From Clostridia bacterium (GTDB lineage Bacteria > UBA6262 > WVXT01), in the NCBI GenBank assembly GCA_009619095.1, contig WJOT01000029.1, forward strand, positions 736 through 64,735: 64,000 nucleotides of DNA, given 5' to 3'. How positions within the stretch are numbered: the stretch's first letter is position 1; each line of letters starts with the position of its first letter. Made by a program: the position numbers and the translations under genes. The notes below the pieces were generated by a model. It saw only the letters and a list, made by a program, of their open reading frames with translations. It did not search any database and was not told the DNA's origin. Below, one piece after another: positions 1-9,465 of this stretch.

Positions 1-782
1 ACAAGCCACCAGTTCACTCCTATCCTGCCCGAAAGGTAAGTTCTACCCCAGTACCCCACTCCTATAGGAATGCCAAGAACAAGGGCATACACTACTGCAA
101 ATATAGTTCCTCTGGTAATGGCCACATTGATGTCTAAAAGGCGGTACTGAATAATCGCCAAAACAGTAAAACCTACAAAGAAGAGAGAACTAGGACTATC
201 CAGAATACCATATTTTGCATAGCCAAATAGAGGCAGAAGAAAACTAACTACGAACGAGATAATGGCAAAGGTCGCCCCTCCAAGAAAAATATACTTTGCT
301 TGTTCTCTTTTAATGCCTGTGAATTTCCTAGAGCAAAGAAATATTCTATATAGTAAATATAAGAGAATCCCAGACATATAAATGGAATAAACGGGAAAAA
401 ATGGGCCATAGTTCTCTTTAAATCCGCTCACTTGGGGAATGATACCTGCAATAAAAATATTGTTAACATAGCATAGCGTGAAAAATAAAAACCCTATTCC
501 GTAGCCAATATAGGACAATGAAAGAGAGGGTTTCTTTCCGGTAGAAAAGCACAAAACCCAAATTAATGCGCTGGACGGAATTAAGGCTCCCAGGGCATAA
601 GCGGTTCTGAACCAAAAAGTAGAAGGAGATACCAGAAAAATAAAGTTACTAAATACCCAAAGAGAAGTAAGAAAGGCGAAAATAGTAAAAGGCTTTTTTA
701 AGGGGATAGGTGCGCCTTTTTTAAGAATAAGAAGCCCTAATAGAAAATTGGCTATGCCACCTACTAAAACAATCCATTTCAT
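1..782 (-). CDS. Multi-pass membrane sensor protein, N-terminal 7TM region (partial, runs off the left window edge)
   Basis: ATG at 782-780 follows an AAGGA Shine-Dalgarno, and the frame stays open to position 1. The translation MKWIVLVGGIANFLLGLLILKK... is a run of hydrophobic helices resembling the N-terminus of the HD-GYP protein at 21404-23416. It is missing from the ORF track because no stop codon lies inside the window. Confidence 0.6.
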   Translation of the reverse strand, partial: MKWIVLVGGIANFLLGLLILKKGAPIPLKKPFTIFAFLTSLWVFSNFIFLVSPSTFWFRTAYALGALIPSSALIWVLCFSTGKKPSLSLSYIGYGIGFLFFTLCYVNNIFIAGIIPQVSGFKENYGPFFPVYSIYMSGILLYLLYRIFLCSRKFTGIKREQAKYIFLGGATFAIISFVVSFLLPLFGYAKYGILDSPSSLFFVGFTVLAIIQYRLLDINVAITRGTIFAVVYALVLGIPIGVGYWGRTYLSGRIGVNWWL

Positions 783-794
783 ACCAAGTTTTCC

Positions 795-2423
795 TTAAAT
801 GAGGTCTAGTTTCCTTCCTGCTTTTTCAAAGATTTTAATTGCCTTTTGCAAATCATCCGGCGAATGAGTAGCCATAGGGGTAAGGCGAAGCCGGGATTCT
901 CTTTTCCTTACTGCGGGATAGACCATGGAGTCTACAAAAATTCCTAAATCTTCTAGCAATTTAGCCATCTGGCAGGTTTTTGTGTCGTCTCTTATGACGA
1001 CAGGAATAATGGCTGATTCTGAGTTACCTGTATTGTAGCCCAATCTTTGCAGATTTTCCCTTAAATATCTCACATTTCTCCATAATTTCTGTCTTAATTC
1101 CGGCTCTTCTTTGATTACTTCAAGTGCCGCAAGAAGACCGGCAACGATAGAAGGTGGTAAACTGAGGTTAAAAATGAACGGCCGACTGGCATATTTGAGA
1201 TAATCTATAATTTTCTTTCTGGCCACTATAAATCCGCCCAGACCAGGAAGGGCTTTGCTAAGGGTCCCCATAACTATGTCAATTTTGCCTATCAAATTAA
1301 AATATTCGCATGTTCCTGTGCCATTCTCACCCAGTACTCCAACGGCATGGGCGTCATCGACCATAACCGCTGCATTATGTTCTTGTGCCAATGTATAAAT
1401 CACGTCTAATCTGGCAATATCACCATCCATACTAAAAACGCCATCAGTAACAATTAATTTGTTGCTTTTCCACTTACATTTCTTTAGCTGTTTTTCTAGG
1501 TCTTGCATGTCGTTATGCTTATAGACCAACACAGTGCCACCCGAAAGAAAACAACCATCGATAATGCTAGCATGAGATTTAGCGTCGGTGATTACGAAAT
1601 CATTTTTTGTAACCAGTGCAGGTATACACCCTAGATTAGCAAGATATCCCATGTCATATGTAATGCAGTCTTCGCCTCCTTCAAATTCAGCAAGTTTTTG
1701 TTCAAGAAGATTGTGTAGTTTCATTGTCCCGCCTGCTATTCTTGAACTCGAAGTACTCATCCCATATTTCTCAAGGGCTTCCACTGCTACTTTCTTTACT
1801 TTCGGATGCGTGGCTAAACCAAGATAGTTACAGCAGCCGAACATAATCAATTCCCGACCTCTCAATATAATTTTTGGCTGAGCCACGGAAGAAACTTCTC
1901 TCAAGAAAACTCCCTGGGCCCTAAGGAAGTCGGCTCTAGGAGCCATAACGCATTTTCTAAAAATGCTAACCCTTAATCTTCGGTCGACTCTTCTTCTTTC
2001 CGGGAAATCAATTGGAGCTATTTTTTCCCTCCGCTGGCCTTTTCTGCGCTCACAGGATTTCCTTTTATCGATTATATCATTAATTACCCTGTACAATGTT
2101 GTGAGATTCTTATCATGTAGATCCAAAAACCGCACCCCACAATAACATTTTTTACCTTTAGTTAAAGGATTACTCCAAATTACCCGTGCTTTCGTTTGCA
2201 GTGATGGATAAGAAGGGCTCAATTCCAGGGAAAGTGCAATAGGCAAAGATAGAGGCAAAGGCTCATCTAAAATGAGCGACAAACCTTGTCTGCTCATATT
2301 AATAGTTCTTCCGCACACAATTGACGATTTACAATGCGGTTTTTTCACCTGTACTTTGACCGGAAAATTGGCTGTAAGGCGTGGAGAAGCCCTTCTATCA
2401 GAAGAAATATTATTTCCTTTCAT
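795..2423 (-). CDS. PilZ domain fused to a PLP-dependent alpha-oxoamine synthase (BioF/Kbl/serine-palmitoyltransferase class)
   Basis: The N-terminus carries the PilZ motifs RRASPR and NMSRQG. After a basic linker comes a class-II aminotransferase fold with GTLSKALPGLGG (PLP lysine) and DDAHAVG. Confidence 0.8.
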   Translation of the reverse strand: MKGNNISSDRRASPRLTANFPVKVQVKKPHCKSSIVCGRTINMSRQGLSLILDEPLPLSLPIALSLELSPSYPSLQTKARVIWSNPLTKGKKCYCGVRFLDLHDKNLTTLYRVINDIIDKRKSCERRKGQRREKIAPIDFPERRRVDRRLRVSIFRKCVMAPRADFLRAQGVFLREVSSVAQPKIILRGRELIMFGCCNYLGLATHPKVKKVAVEALEKYGMSTSSSRIAGGTMKLHNLLEQKLAEFEGGEDCITYDMGYLANLGCIPALVTKNDFVITDAKSHASIIDGCFLSGGTVLVYKHNDMQDLEKQLKKCKWKSNKLIVTDGVFSMDGDIARLDVIYTLAQEHNAAVMVDDAHAVGVLGENGTGTCEYFNLIGKIDIVMGTLSKALPGLGGFIVARKKIIDYLKYASRPFIFNLSLPPSIVAGLLAALEVIKEEPELRQKLWRNVRYLRENLQRLGYNTGNSESAIIPVVIRDDTKTCQMAKLLEDLGIFVDSMVYPAVRKRESRLRLTPMATHSPDDLQKAIKIFEKAGRKLDLI

Positions 2424-2508
2424 GCCTATCTCCTTATGAACAAACAGTTTTTATATCTTTGTTCTATACAAGTATTAAATCGAAGTTCCCACGGCTAAAG
2501 GTGAAGAG

Positions 2509-4281
2509 TCAGCTTCTCTTAAACCTTCTATCCAGCTCTTCCCTGGTCAATTTAATCATTGTCGGTCTGCCATGGGGACAGATATGAGGAGATTCACACC
2601 TATTGAGTCTCCTCAGGACTTCGTCCATCTCTCTATCGCTCAAGCTCTGCCCAGCCATAATTGCTGCCCGGCAAGCCATAATTTTAAATATATCAGAAGA
2701 AATTTCTATAGCCATTTTTTTACTCTCTTTTCTTTTCACTTCATCAGAAATCTCATCAATAAGGTCTAAGATAAATTGCTTTTTAATCTCTTTTCCCAGG
2801 ATATGTGGCGTGGCTTTGACCAGGAAAGAAGAGCGTCCAAACTGTTCCATTTCAAAGCCCAATTTGGAGAAAAGGTCTGTATTCGCTATTAATACCTGGA
2901 CATTATGAGGAGGTAGTTCAATCTGGATGGGGAATAGAAGGCGTTGCGACTCTATTTTCTGGTCTTTATAGTCATTTTCCAGCTGTTCATAGAGGATTCG
3001 TTCCCAGGCTGCATGCTGGTCCAGGATTACTATTCCATCTGCACTGCGAGCAACTATGTACAGGTTATCTAATTGTCCCAGCGCCACCATCGCTTCTTTC
3101 TTCACCTCTATTCTCTTTTCTGGCTCAGGAACGTGGAACTTCTTTGGCTGGAACAACTCCTCTGGAGAAATCGATCCCTGCCACTTTTGGCTTTTCACTA
3201 GATAGTCTTTCATTGCTTCTTCAATTCTTCTTTTCCGAAAAGATGAACCTTCAGGATAAGTAGTCTTCTCCTCTATTTCCACCATTGTGACTTCTTTATG
3301 TAGATTTTGCTTGATAGTCTGCATAACAATTGTGTGTATCGTCGGCTCGTTGACAAAGCGCACTTCCTTTTTTGTGGGATGAACGTTTACATCAACCAGA
3401 GATGGTCCAATCTCCATAGAAAGGAAAACACCTGCGTGGCGTGAGGGTGGCAGAAAATCCTTATATCCTTCCCAAGTAGCGTGGCTGATTAGTCGGCTAC
3501 TAATTGCGCGTTTATTTACGAATAAAAATTGGTGTTGACGATTAGTATAAGAAAGATTAGGTTTGGTAATGAAGCCGGAAATTCTCAAAAACTTATTTTC
3601 AAACTGCAGGGGAACGAGGTCCTCCACTATTTTAGTTCCGTATAGAGAAGCGATTCTTTCCAGTAAGGTCTGCTCCCGGGGAAGATTCTTTATGCTATGT
3701 CGACCGTCCTCTTTTAATTCAAAACTTACCTTAGGATGAGACAGGGCAAAATTCTGAACTGCTCTGGTTATCTGCCGACTCTCTGTGGAATCCGCCTTCA
3801 AAAACTTCAGGCGCGCGGGGACATTAGAAAAGAGGTCTTCAACTGTTACTGTAGTTCCCGGTGGACTTCCTGCTTCCAGGAGTTCAAAAGAATTACCCTT
3901 GACTTTTATCTGGCAACCTACAGGACTCTCCTCACCCCGGGTAAGTAAAGTTAAATTAGCTACAGCAGCAATCGAGGGTAGAGCCTCTCCGCGAAATCCT
4001 AAAGTTCTAATTGACTGAAGGTCTTCTAACTCCTTTATCTTATTGGTAGCGTGGCGCTGCAGAGCCAATTCAGCATCTTCTCTGGACATACCCCAGCCGT
4101 CATCAATTACCCGGATTAATTTCTTTCCCCCTCTTCCTATTTCTACGGTAATATGCTTTGCCCCGGCATCCAGAGAGTTTTCTACCAGTTCCTTAACAAT
4201 CGATGCTGGTCTCTCCACAACCTCTCCAGCAGCTATCTTGTTTATCACTTCTTCAGATAAAATTTCAATTTTACCTGCCAT
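2509..4281 (-). CDS. mutL: DNA mismatch repair protein MutL
   Basis: GHKL ATPase N-terminus (KIAAGEVVERPASIVKELVENSLDAG) plus a MutL C-terminal domain. I moved the start to MAGKIEIL because the upstream 38 ORF codons translate a hairpin-repeat array. Confidence 0.9.
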   Translation of the reverse strand: MAGKIEILSEEVINKIAAGEVVERPASIVKELVENSLDAGAKHITVEIGRGGKKLIRVIDDGWGMSREDAELALQRHATNKIKELEDLQSIRTLGFRGEALPSIAAVANLTLLTRGEESPVGCQIKVKGNSFELLEAGSPPGTTVTVEDLFSNVPARLKFLKADSTESRQITRAVQNFALSHPKVSFELKEDGRHSIKNLPREQTLLERIASLYGTKIVEDLVPLQFENKFLRISGFITKPNLSYTNRQHQFLFVNKRAISSRLISHATWEGYKDFLPPSRHAGVFLSMEIGPSLVDVNVHPTKKEVRFVNEPTIHTIVMQTIKQNLHKEVTMVEIEEKTTYPEGSSFRKRRIEEAMKDYLVKSQKWQGSISPEELFQPKKFHVPEPEKRIEVKKEAMVALGQLDNLYIVARSADGIVILDQHAAWERILYEQLENDYKDQKIESQRLLFPIQIELPPHNVQVLIANTDLFSKLGFEMEQFGRSSFLVKATPHILGKEIKKQFILDLIDEISDEVKRKESKKMAIEISSDIFKIMACRAAIMAGQSLSDREMDEVLRRLNRCESPHICPHGRPTMIKLTREELDRRFKRS

Positions 4282-4420
4282 TTTGCTCCACCTTCTCATA
4301 ACCTTATGCATCCCGATTTTCAATCGGGAAATTTGTGTCCCGATGAATCGGGACACGGTTTCAACCGTGCAGAAATTTTCTGGGCACGATTTCAAATCGT
4401 GCAGCTGACTGGGCGACCCT
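4282..4420. repeat. Array of four different short hairpins (REP-like) between the PilZ gene and mutL
   Basis: Palindromes tcccgatt-ttc-aatcggga, gtcccgat-ga-atcgggac, cacggtt-tc-aaccgtg and gcacgatt-tca-aatcgtgc lie in tandem. Confidence 0.6.
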
Positions 4421-4870
4421 TTAATTCTTATATCCGCTAATTTCCACTTTTATCGGCTTGGCGCACAGTTTATAGTAAGTACATTCTGCAGAACATATAT
4501 TTTCCTCGCCCATCATTCTTCTTGTTTCGCAAAGGTCGAAGGCATCTGCCATCATGTTGATGCGTTTCTTAACTTCCGCCCTTATTTTGGTGAAGGCAAT
4601 AACAACTAAATATGTCTTCTCTTTCCCTTCAACCCGCACTATTTTCCCCTCCACATCCTTCAATTTCAGACCATCCAGGTTGAAATTCAAATTGATAGAA
4701 GCATTTACAGGAAGGGATAGAAAAGTTATGAGCGCCATGCCCCCAGCACTTACATTGTAGATGATTGCCGGAACTTCTTTCTTCAGTTTCGTTTCCGGCG
4801 ATTCAACCAGAGCCTGCTTGGCAACCGTTACTGCGGGAATCCGTCTATGCTTTCTTCTTTCCTTTACCAT
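4421..4870 (-). CDS. PilZ domain protein with a Cys-rich C-terminal tail
   Basis: PilZ motifs RRKHRR and NVSAGG. The tail is CETRRMMGEENICSAECTYYKLC. ATG at 4870 lies 2 nt after the mutS stop, behind a G-rich Shine-Dalgarno; the ORF-track start at 4876 is TTG. Confidence 0.75.
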   Translation of the reverse strand: MVKERRKHRRIPAVTVAKQALVESPETKLKKEVPAIIYNVSAGGMALITFLSLPVNASINLNFNLDGLKLKDVEGKIVRVEGKEKTYLVVIAFTKIRAEVKKRINMMADAFDLCETRRMMGEENICSAECTYYKLCAKPIKVEISGYKN

Positions 4871-4872
4871 AC

Positions 4873-7503
4873 TCAATTCCCCCCTTTTTTTACCTTCTCC
4901 TTCAATTCCTGCAGCTTATTCAACGCCTCTACTGGCGTCATCTCTTCTACTTTTATCTCCTTCAATTCCTTAAGGAGACTCTGCTCTCTTTCAGCAAATA
5001 GAGAAAGCTGCTTCGCCTCTTTTTCCACTCTCGCTAATTTAGGCATTCCATCTTCCCGGTAAGCATTCTTCTCTAAATCGCAAAGTATCTCTTTTGCTCT
5101 TTCTAACACCTCCTTTGGCAGTCCTGCCAGTTGAGCTACGTGGATTCCATAGCTCTTATCCGCGCTCCCTTCTATCAATTTACGTAAGAATATGACCTTA
5201 TCTCCCCATTCCCGAACAGCAAAATTGTAGTTCTTCACTCCTGATAGAGTCTGTGCCAGCTCAGTCAGCTCAAAATAGTGGGTAGCAAATAGAGTCCTGG
5301 GACCCAAGGGTCTTTCAGATTCGCCTTTTGCCATACTGTTCAGGTATTCCACTGCTGCCCAGGCAATGCTGATGCCATCAAATGTAGATGTTCCCCGACC
5401 AATCTCATCCAGGATAAGAAGGCTCCTGGAAGTTGCATTGTTCAGGATATTGGCAGTCTCAATCATCTCCACCATAAACGTAGATTCGCCCCGGGAAATA
5501 GTATCTCTGGTGCTAATGCGGGTGAAGATACGGTCAACTATGCCAATTGTCGCCTCTTCAGCAGGAACAAAGCTACCCATCTGAGCCAGAAGAGCAATAA
5601 GCGCTACCTGGCGAATATAGGTAGATTTTCCCGCCATATTTGGACCGGTAATGATAAGAACTTGATTCTCACACTCATCCAGATATGTATCGTTGGGAAT
5701 GAATTTCTCGCCAATGAGTATCTTTTCCACAACAGGGTGGCGACCTGCTTTAATGGATATAACCTCTCCATCATTCAAAGTAGGCTTGGTATAGTTATTA
5801 TTTGCTGCCACTTCAGCCAGACAATTCAGAACATCTATCTCGCCAATCGTCCTCGCCACTTCCTGAATCTTTCTCGCCTCACCAATTACTCTCTTCCTTA
5901 TATCCTGGAATATCTCATATTCCAGTTCCACCTTTCTCTCTTCCGCCCCCAGGATAAGCACTTCCTTCTCTTTCAGTTCCGGGGTAACGAACCTTTCTGC
6001 ATTAACCAGCGTTTGTTTCCTGATATAGTCCTGGGGAACCTGTTTTAGATTGGATTTGGTAATTTCAATATAGTAACCAAAGACACTCGTATAGCCAACT
6101 TTTAACGAATTTATCCCTGTCCTCTTCCTTTCCTTTGCCTCAAGCTCAGCAACCCACTCTTTCCCTCCTGTGGCAGCCTGGTGGAGCTTATTCAACTCTT
6201 CATCATATTCCGGTCTAATAATACCGCCTTCCTTGATTGTGGGAGGTGGCTCAGGAACTATAGCCTTCTCAATCAAATCAACAATCTCCTTCAAATCATG
6301 CAGTTCCTCGATGAGTTCCAGAACCATCCTGCTTTTGAGTCCCTCTACCACTTCTTTTATCTTAGGAATCAGTTTAAGTGAATTCTTAATACTCACCAGG
6401 TCCCTGGCATTAGCCGTCCCGCAACACAGGCGACTTATCAATCTTTCTAAATCAAAAATATTTTTAAGAACTTCCCCAACCTTACCTCTGGTTATAGAAT
6501 TAGAAAAGAAGTCCTCAACTCCCTCCTGACGTCCTCTTATTCTCTCCACATCCGTAAGAGGCTCAAGAATATATTGTCTAAGTCTCCTGCCCCCCATTGC
6601 TGTCTGGGTTAAGTCCAGAACCCCAAGAAGGCTTCCCTGCTTAGTATTATCCTGAACATTAGCCAGCAACTCCAGATTTTTCCTCGTCGATTCATCCAAA
6701 ACCATAAACTCTTTTTTCAAATAGAACTTTAATCGTAAAAGATGAGAAAGCGCCATCTTCTGCGTAGCTTCTAAGTAACTTATAATCGCTCCTGAAGCAC
6801 TTATAGCCAATTCCCGATTCTCAAAACCAAGACCTTTCAGAGAATGGAGCTGGAACTGGCTCACCAATTTCTGGTAGGCATTCTCCTTCATAAAATTCCA
6901 ATCATCAACATAATTTACAGGAAGAGAGTAAGTTTTAAGTAGATTATTAAGTTTACCATTACTTTCTTCCTCTCTGGGCAAAATAACCTCTGCCACAGGA
7001 AGCCGGGTCAACTCCAGGGAGACCTCTTCCAGGAGATTCCCTCCCTCAAGTTCCGTAGCCAGAAACTCGCCAGTAGAAATATCCACCAGGGCAAGTCCGG
7101 CTCTTTTCCCATTTGGTCTTTCTAAATATATAGCCGCCAAGAAATTATTACTCTTCTCCGGAAGGAGATTCTCTTCCAGAACTGTCCCCGGAGTGATAAC
7201 CCTGATAACATCACGCTTAACTAAATCTTTTGCTACTTTAGCATCTTCCAGTTGTTCACAAATTGCCACTTTATGTCCTCCCTTAATCAGAGTGGCAATA
7301 TACTTACTGACAGAGTGGTAAGGCACCCCACACATAGGGATTTTATGGCGGGAAGTCAAGGCAATCTCCAGAACCTTTGAACCCAGTTTAGCATCGTCTC
7401 CAAACATCTCGTAGAAATCACCCAGCCTGAAAAAAAGGAGAGTGTCAGGATACTCCTTCTTAATCTTATGATACTGTTCCATTAAGGGAGTAAATTTACC
7501 CAA
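4873..7503 (-). CDS. mutS: DNA mismatch repair protein MutS
   Basis: Full-length MutS: mismatch-binding N-terminus (GDFYEMFGDDA), Walker A GPNMAGKST, and STFMVEM/DEIGRGTST motifs. Confidence 0.95.
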   Translation of the reverse strand: MGKFTPLMEQYHKIKKEYPDTLLFFRLGDFYEMFGDDAKLGSKVLEIALTSRHKIPMCGVPYHSVSKYIATLIKGGHKVAICEQLEDAKVAKDLVKRDVIRVITPGTVLEENLLPEKSNNFLAAIYLERPNGKRAGLALVDISTGEFLATELEGGNLLEEVSLELTRLPVAEVILPREEESNGKLNNLLKTYSLPVNYVDDWNFMKENAYQKLVSQFQLHSLKGLGFENRELAISASGAIISYLEATQKMALSHLLRLKFYLKKEFMVLDESTRKNLELLANVQDNTKQGSLLGVLDLTQTAMGGRRLRQYILEPLTDVERIRGRQEGVEDFFSNSITRGKVGEVLKNIFDLERLISRLCCGTANARDLVSIKNSLKLIPKIKEVVEGLKSRMVLELIEELHDLKEIVDLIEKAIVPEPPPTIKEGGIIRPEYDEELNKLHQAATGGKEWVAELEAKERKRTGINSLKVGYTSVFGYYIEITKSNLKQVPQDYIRKQTLVNAERFVTPELKEKEVLILGAEERKVELEYEIFQDIRKRVIGEARKIQEVARTIGEIDVLNCLAEVAANNNYTKPTLNDGEVISIKAGRHPVVEKILIGEKFIPNDTYLDECENQVLIITGPNMAGKSTYIRQVALIALLAQMGSFVPAEEATIGIVDRIFTRISTRDTISRGESTFMVEMIETANILNNATSRSLLILDEIGRGTSTFDGISIAWAAVEYLNSMAKGESERPLGPRTLFATHYFELTELAQTLSGVKNYNFAVREWGDKVIFLRKLIEGSADKSYGIHVAQLAGLPKEVLERAKEILCDLEKNAYREDGMPKLARVEKEAKQLSLFAEREQSLLKELKEIKVEEMTPVEALNKLQELKEKVKKGGN

Positions 7504-7576
7504 ACTTCTAACCCCTTATGTTGGTTGGGCACCCTTCAGGGTGCCATTCTGGTCGGGCACCGTTTACGGTGCCGTC
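7504..7576. repeat. Two tandem hairpins (REP-like)
   Basis: ggcaccc-ttc-agggtgcc and ggcaccg-ttta-cggtgcc. Confidence 0.45.
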
Positions 7577-7930
7577 CTATTCCTGCGGCTCTATCTCCAC
7601 AGACGGCTTCTTCTCTTCTTTTTTCACTTCTTCAGTTTTACCAGCAGCAAGTTGTAACTTGACAATCCTTTCTTCCAGTTCCTTCACCTCTTTCTCTTTC
7701 GTCGTAAGGTCCTTCTTGAATTTTAGTTGGGTTACCACTCCCAAAACAGTAGCAAATATCCCACCCAGAAGGATCGCAGCAAACACAAATACAATCAGGG
7801 ATACCTCAGGAGTCTTCCAGAGTAAAAGGTTCATCGATACTTGCGGCTGATTTACCACAGCCAGGAGAACCAAAAGGAAAGCAAAAATCAAAACTACCAC
7901 CAACTTCACTTGACTCATACCCACCTCCAT
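7577..7930 (-). CDS. LapA-domain (DUF1049-like) small membrane protein with a charged coiled-coil tail
   Basis: Two TM helices (VVVLIFAFLLVLLAVV, IVFVFAAILLGGIFATVLGVV) are followed by a KE-rich tail. The start may instead be the internal MSQVKL. Confidence 0.55.
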   Translation of the reverse strand: MEVGMSQVKLVVVLIFAFLLVLLAVVNQPQVSMNLLLWKTPEVSLIVFVFAAILLGGIFATVLGVVTQLKFKKDLTTKEKEVKELEERIVKLQLAAGKTEEVKKEEKKPSVEIEPQE

Positions 7931-7967
7931 TTATTTTATTCTATTTCTATTTTTATTCTTCTCTCCT

Positions 7968-8100
7968 CCTCTCCCCTTGCGGGAGAGGGTTAGGGTGAGG
8001 GGGAATTGTTTCCTCTCCCCTCAATTTTGTAGCCGCAAAGCGAAGCTTTGCCTTTTATTATCTCCTCTCCCCTTGCGGGAGAGGATAAAGGTGAGGGGGA
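7968..8100. repeat. Two direct copies of a 37-nt CCTCTCCCCTTGCGGGAGAGG..GGTGAGGGGGA repeat flanking a GTAG hairpin
   Basis: Copies lie at 7968-8004 and 8064-8100, with GTAGCCGCAAAGCGAAGCTTTGC at 8029-8051. Related copies occur at 21361-21397 (inverted), 54706-54745 and 62150-62181. Confidence 0.7.
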
Positions 8101-8106
8101 TAAACA

Positions 8107-9465
8107 CTACCTCACCCTCCCCAACAACGACCACGTATACGCCTTTTCTATCTCCACCGGCAACAATTCCCCAATATCCTTACCATCCCCCGAAAAAAAC
8201 ACCCTCTTATTACCCCGCGTCCTTCCCACCAACTTCTTCTCTTTCCGGGCAAACCTCTCCACCATAACTTCTTCCACTTTTCCCAGAAGTCTTCGGTTCT
8301 TCTCCAGCACCATCTTCTCACAGAGTTCATTAAGTTCAGCTAAACGCTCCTTTTTTGTTTCCAGAGGAACATCATCCTTCTCTTTAGCCGCTTGAGTCCC
8401 TGGACGAGCCGAATATTTGAAAGTAAAAGCAGCATCAAATTCAACATCTTCCACCAACCTTAAAGTATCCTCAAAATCCTCTTTCTTCTCCCCAGGAAAG
8501 CCAACCATAAGGTCAGTAGTAACACTTATTTTAGGAATCTCTCTTTTTATCTTATCAATCAATTCTAAATATTGTTGTCTGGTATAGCCCCTGTTCATTC
8601 CCTCCAATATTCTATTAGAGCCAGATTGAGCAGGAAGATGGAGATGCTCACAGATTTTACTCGAATCTCTTATAGTATTAATCAATTTCTCAGAGACATC
8701 CTTAGGATGAGAAGTCATAAAGCGAATCCGTTCCAATCCATTTACTTTTTCCACTTCCCTTAAAAGGTCAGCGAAGTCAGAACTATTGGATCTATAAGAA
8801 TTCACATTCTGTCCCAAAAGCATAATTTCCTTACATCCATCGGCCACCTTCTGCTCTACTTCTGAAACAATATCACTAACAGGTTTTGATTTTTCCCTGC
8901 CCCTGACATAAGGTACAATACAATAAGAACAGAAATTATCACAACCCCGCATAATTGTAACCTGCCCCATTAATTCAGAATTCTTGGCGCATCCATAAGA
9001 CAAAGAACTCCAGAACCCTTCTGCTAACTTGGGCAAATCTCCCTTTACTTCAGTAGCAAGAACTTTCTCATTCGGCTTCTGAAAAGCTTCTTCAATCAAC
9101 TTCGGCAATTCTAATATATTATCTGTTCCCAGAACAATATTCACAAAAGGAGTCTTTTCGAATATTTTACTCTTCAATCTCTGTGCTACACACCCCGCCA
9201 GGACAAAAACTGTAGATGGATTCTCCTTTCTAACTCTTTTCAAGGATGCCAGGTAACTCAGTGCCCTATCTTCAGCATGCTGCCTCACAGAACAAGTATT
9301 GAGAATTATAACATCCGCCCCTTCCGGAAAATCTACCTTCCCATATCCCTCCCTTTCCAGAAGCCTCCCCATAACCTCCGAATCCGCATCATTCATCTGA
9401 CATCCGAAAGTCCTGATATAGACTCTCGGAGGCGATTTTTCATAAGTCTTTGATTTTTCTGGCAT
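8107..9465 (-). CDS. miaB: tRNA-2-methylthio-N6-dimethylallyladenosine synthase (radical SAM methylthiotransferase)
   Basis: UPF0004 N-terminus (YIRTFGCQMNDADSE), radical SAM CDNFCSYCIVP and a TRAM C-terminus. Confidence 0.9.
   Translation of the reverse strand: MPEKSKTYEKSPPRVYIRTFGCQMNDADSEVMGRLLEREGYGKVDFPEGADVIILNTCSVRQHAEDRALSYLASLKRVRKENPSTVFVLAGCVAQRLKSKIFEKTPFVNIVLGTDNILELPKLIEEAFQKPNEKVLATEVKGDLPKLAEGFWSSLSYGCAKNSELMGQVTIMRGCDNFCSYCIVPYVRGREKSKPVSDIVSEVEQKVADGCKEIMLLGQNVNSYRSNSSDFADLLREVEKVNGLERIRFMTSHPKDVSEKLINTIRDSSKICEHLHLPAQSGSNRILEGMNRGYTRQQYLELIDKIKREIPKISVTTDLMVGFPGEKKEDFEDTLRLVEDVEFDAAFTFKYSARPGTQAAKEKDDVPLETKKERLAELNELCEKMVLEKNRRLLGKVEEVMVERFARKEKKLVGRTRGNKRVFFSGDGKDIGELLPVEIEKAYTWSLLGRVR

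Noticed and set aside
4282-4395. N-terminal extensions of the mutL ORF (and similarly 23417-23509 for the HD-GYP gene and 29349-29375 for the kinase)
   Set aside because: The extra codons translate palindromic repeats. Conserved protein N-termini and good Shine-Dalgarno sites sit at the downstream ATGs.
8148-8330. Nested same-strand ORFs inside larger genes (8148-8330 in miaB, 31163-31363 in the radical SAM gene, 47389-47595 in cobS)
   Set aside because: They are alternative frames within confidently assigned genes and have no independent support.
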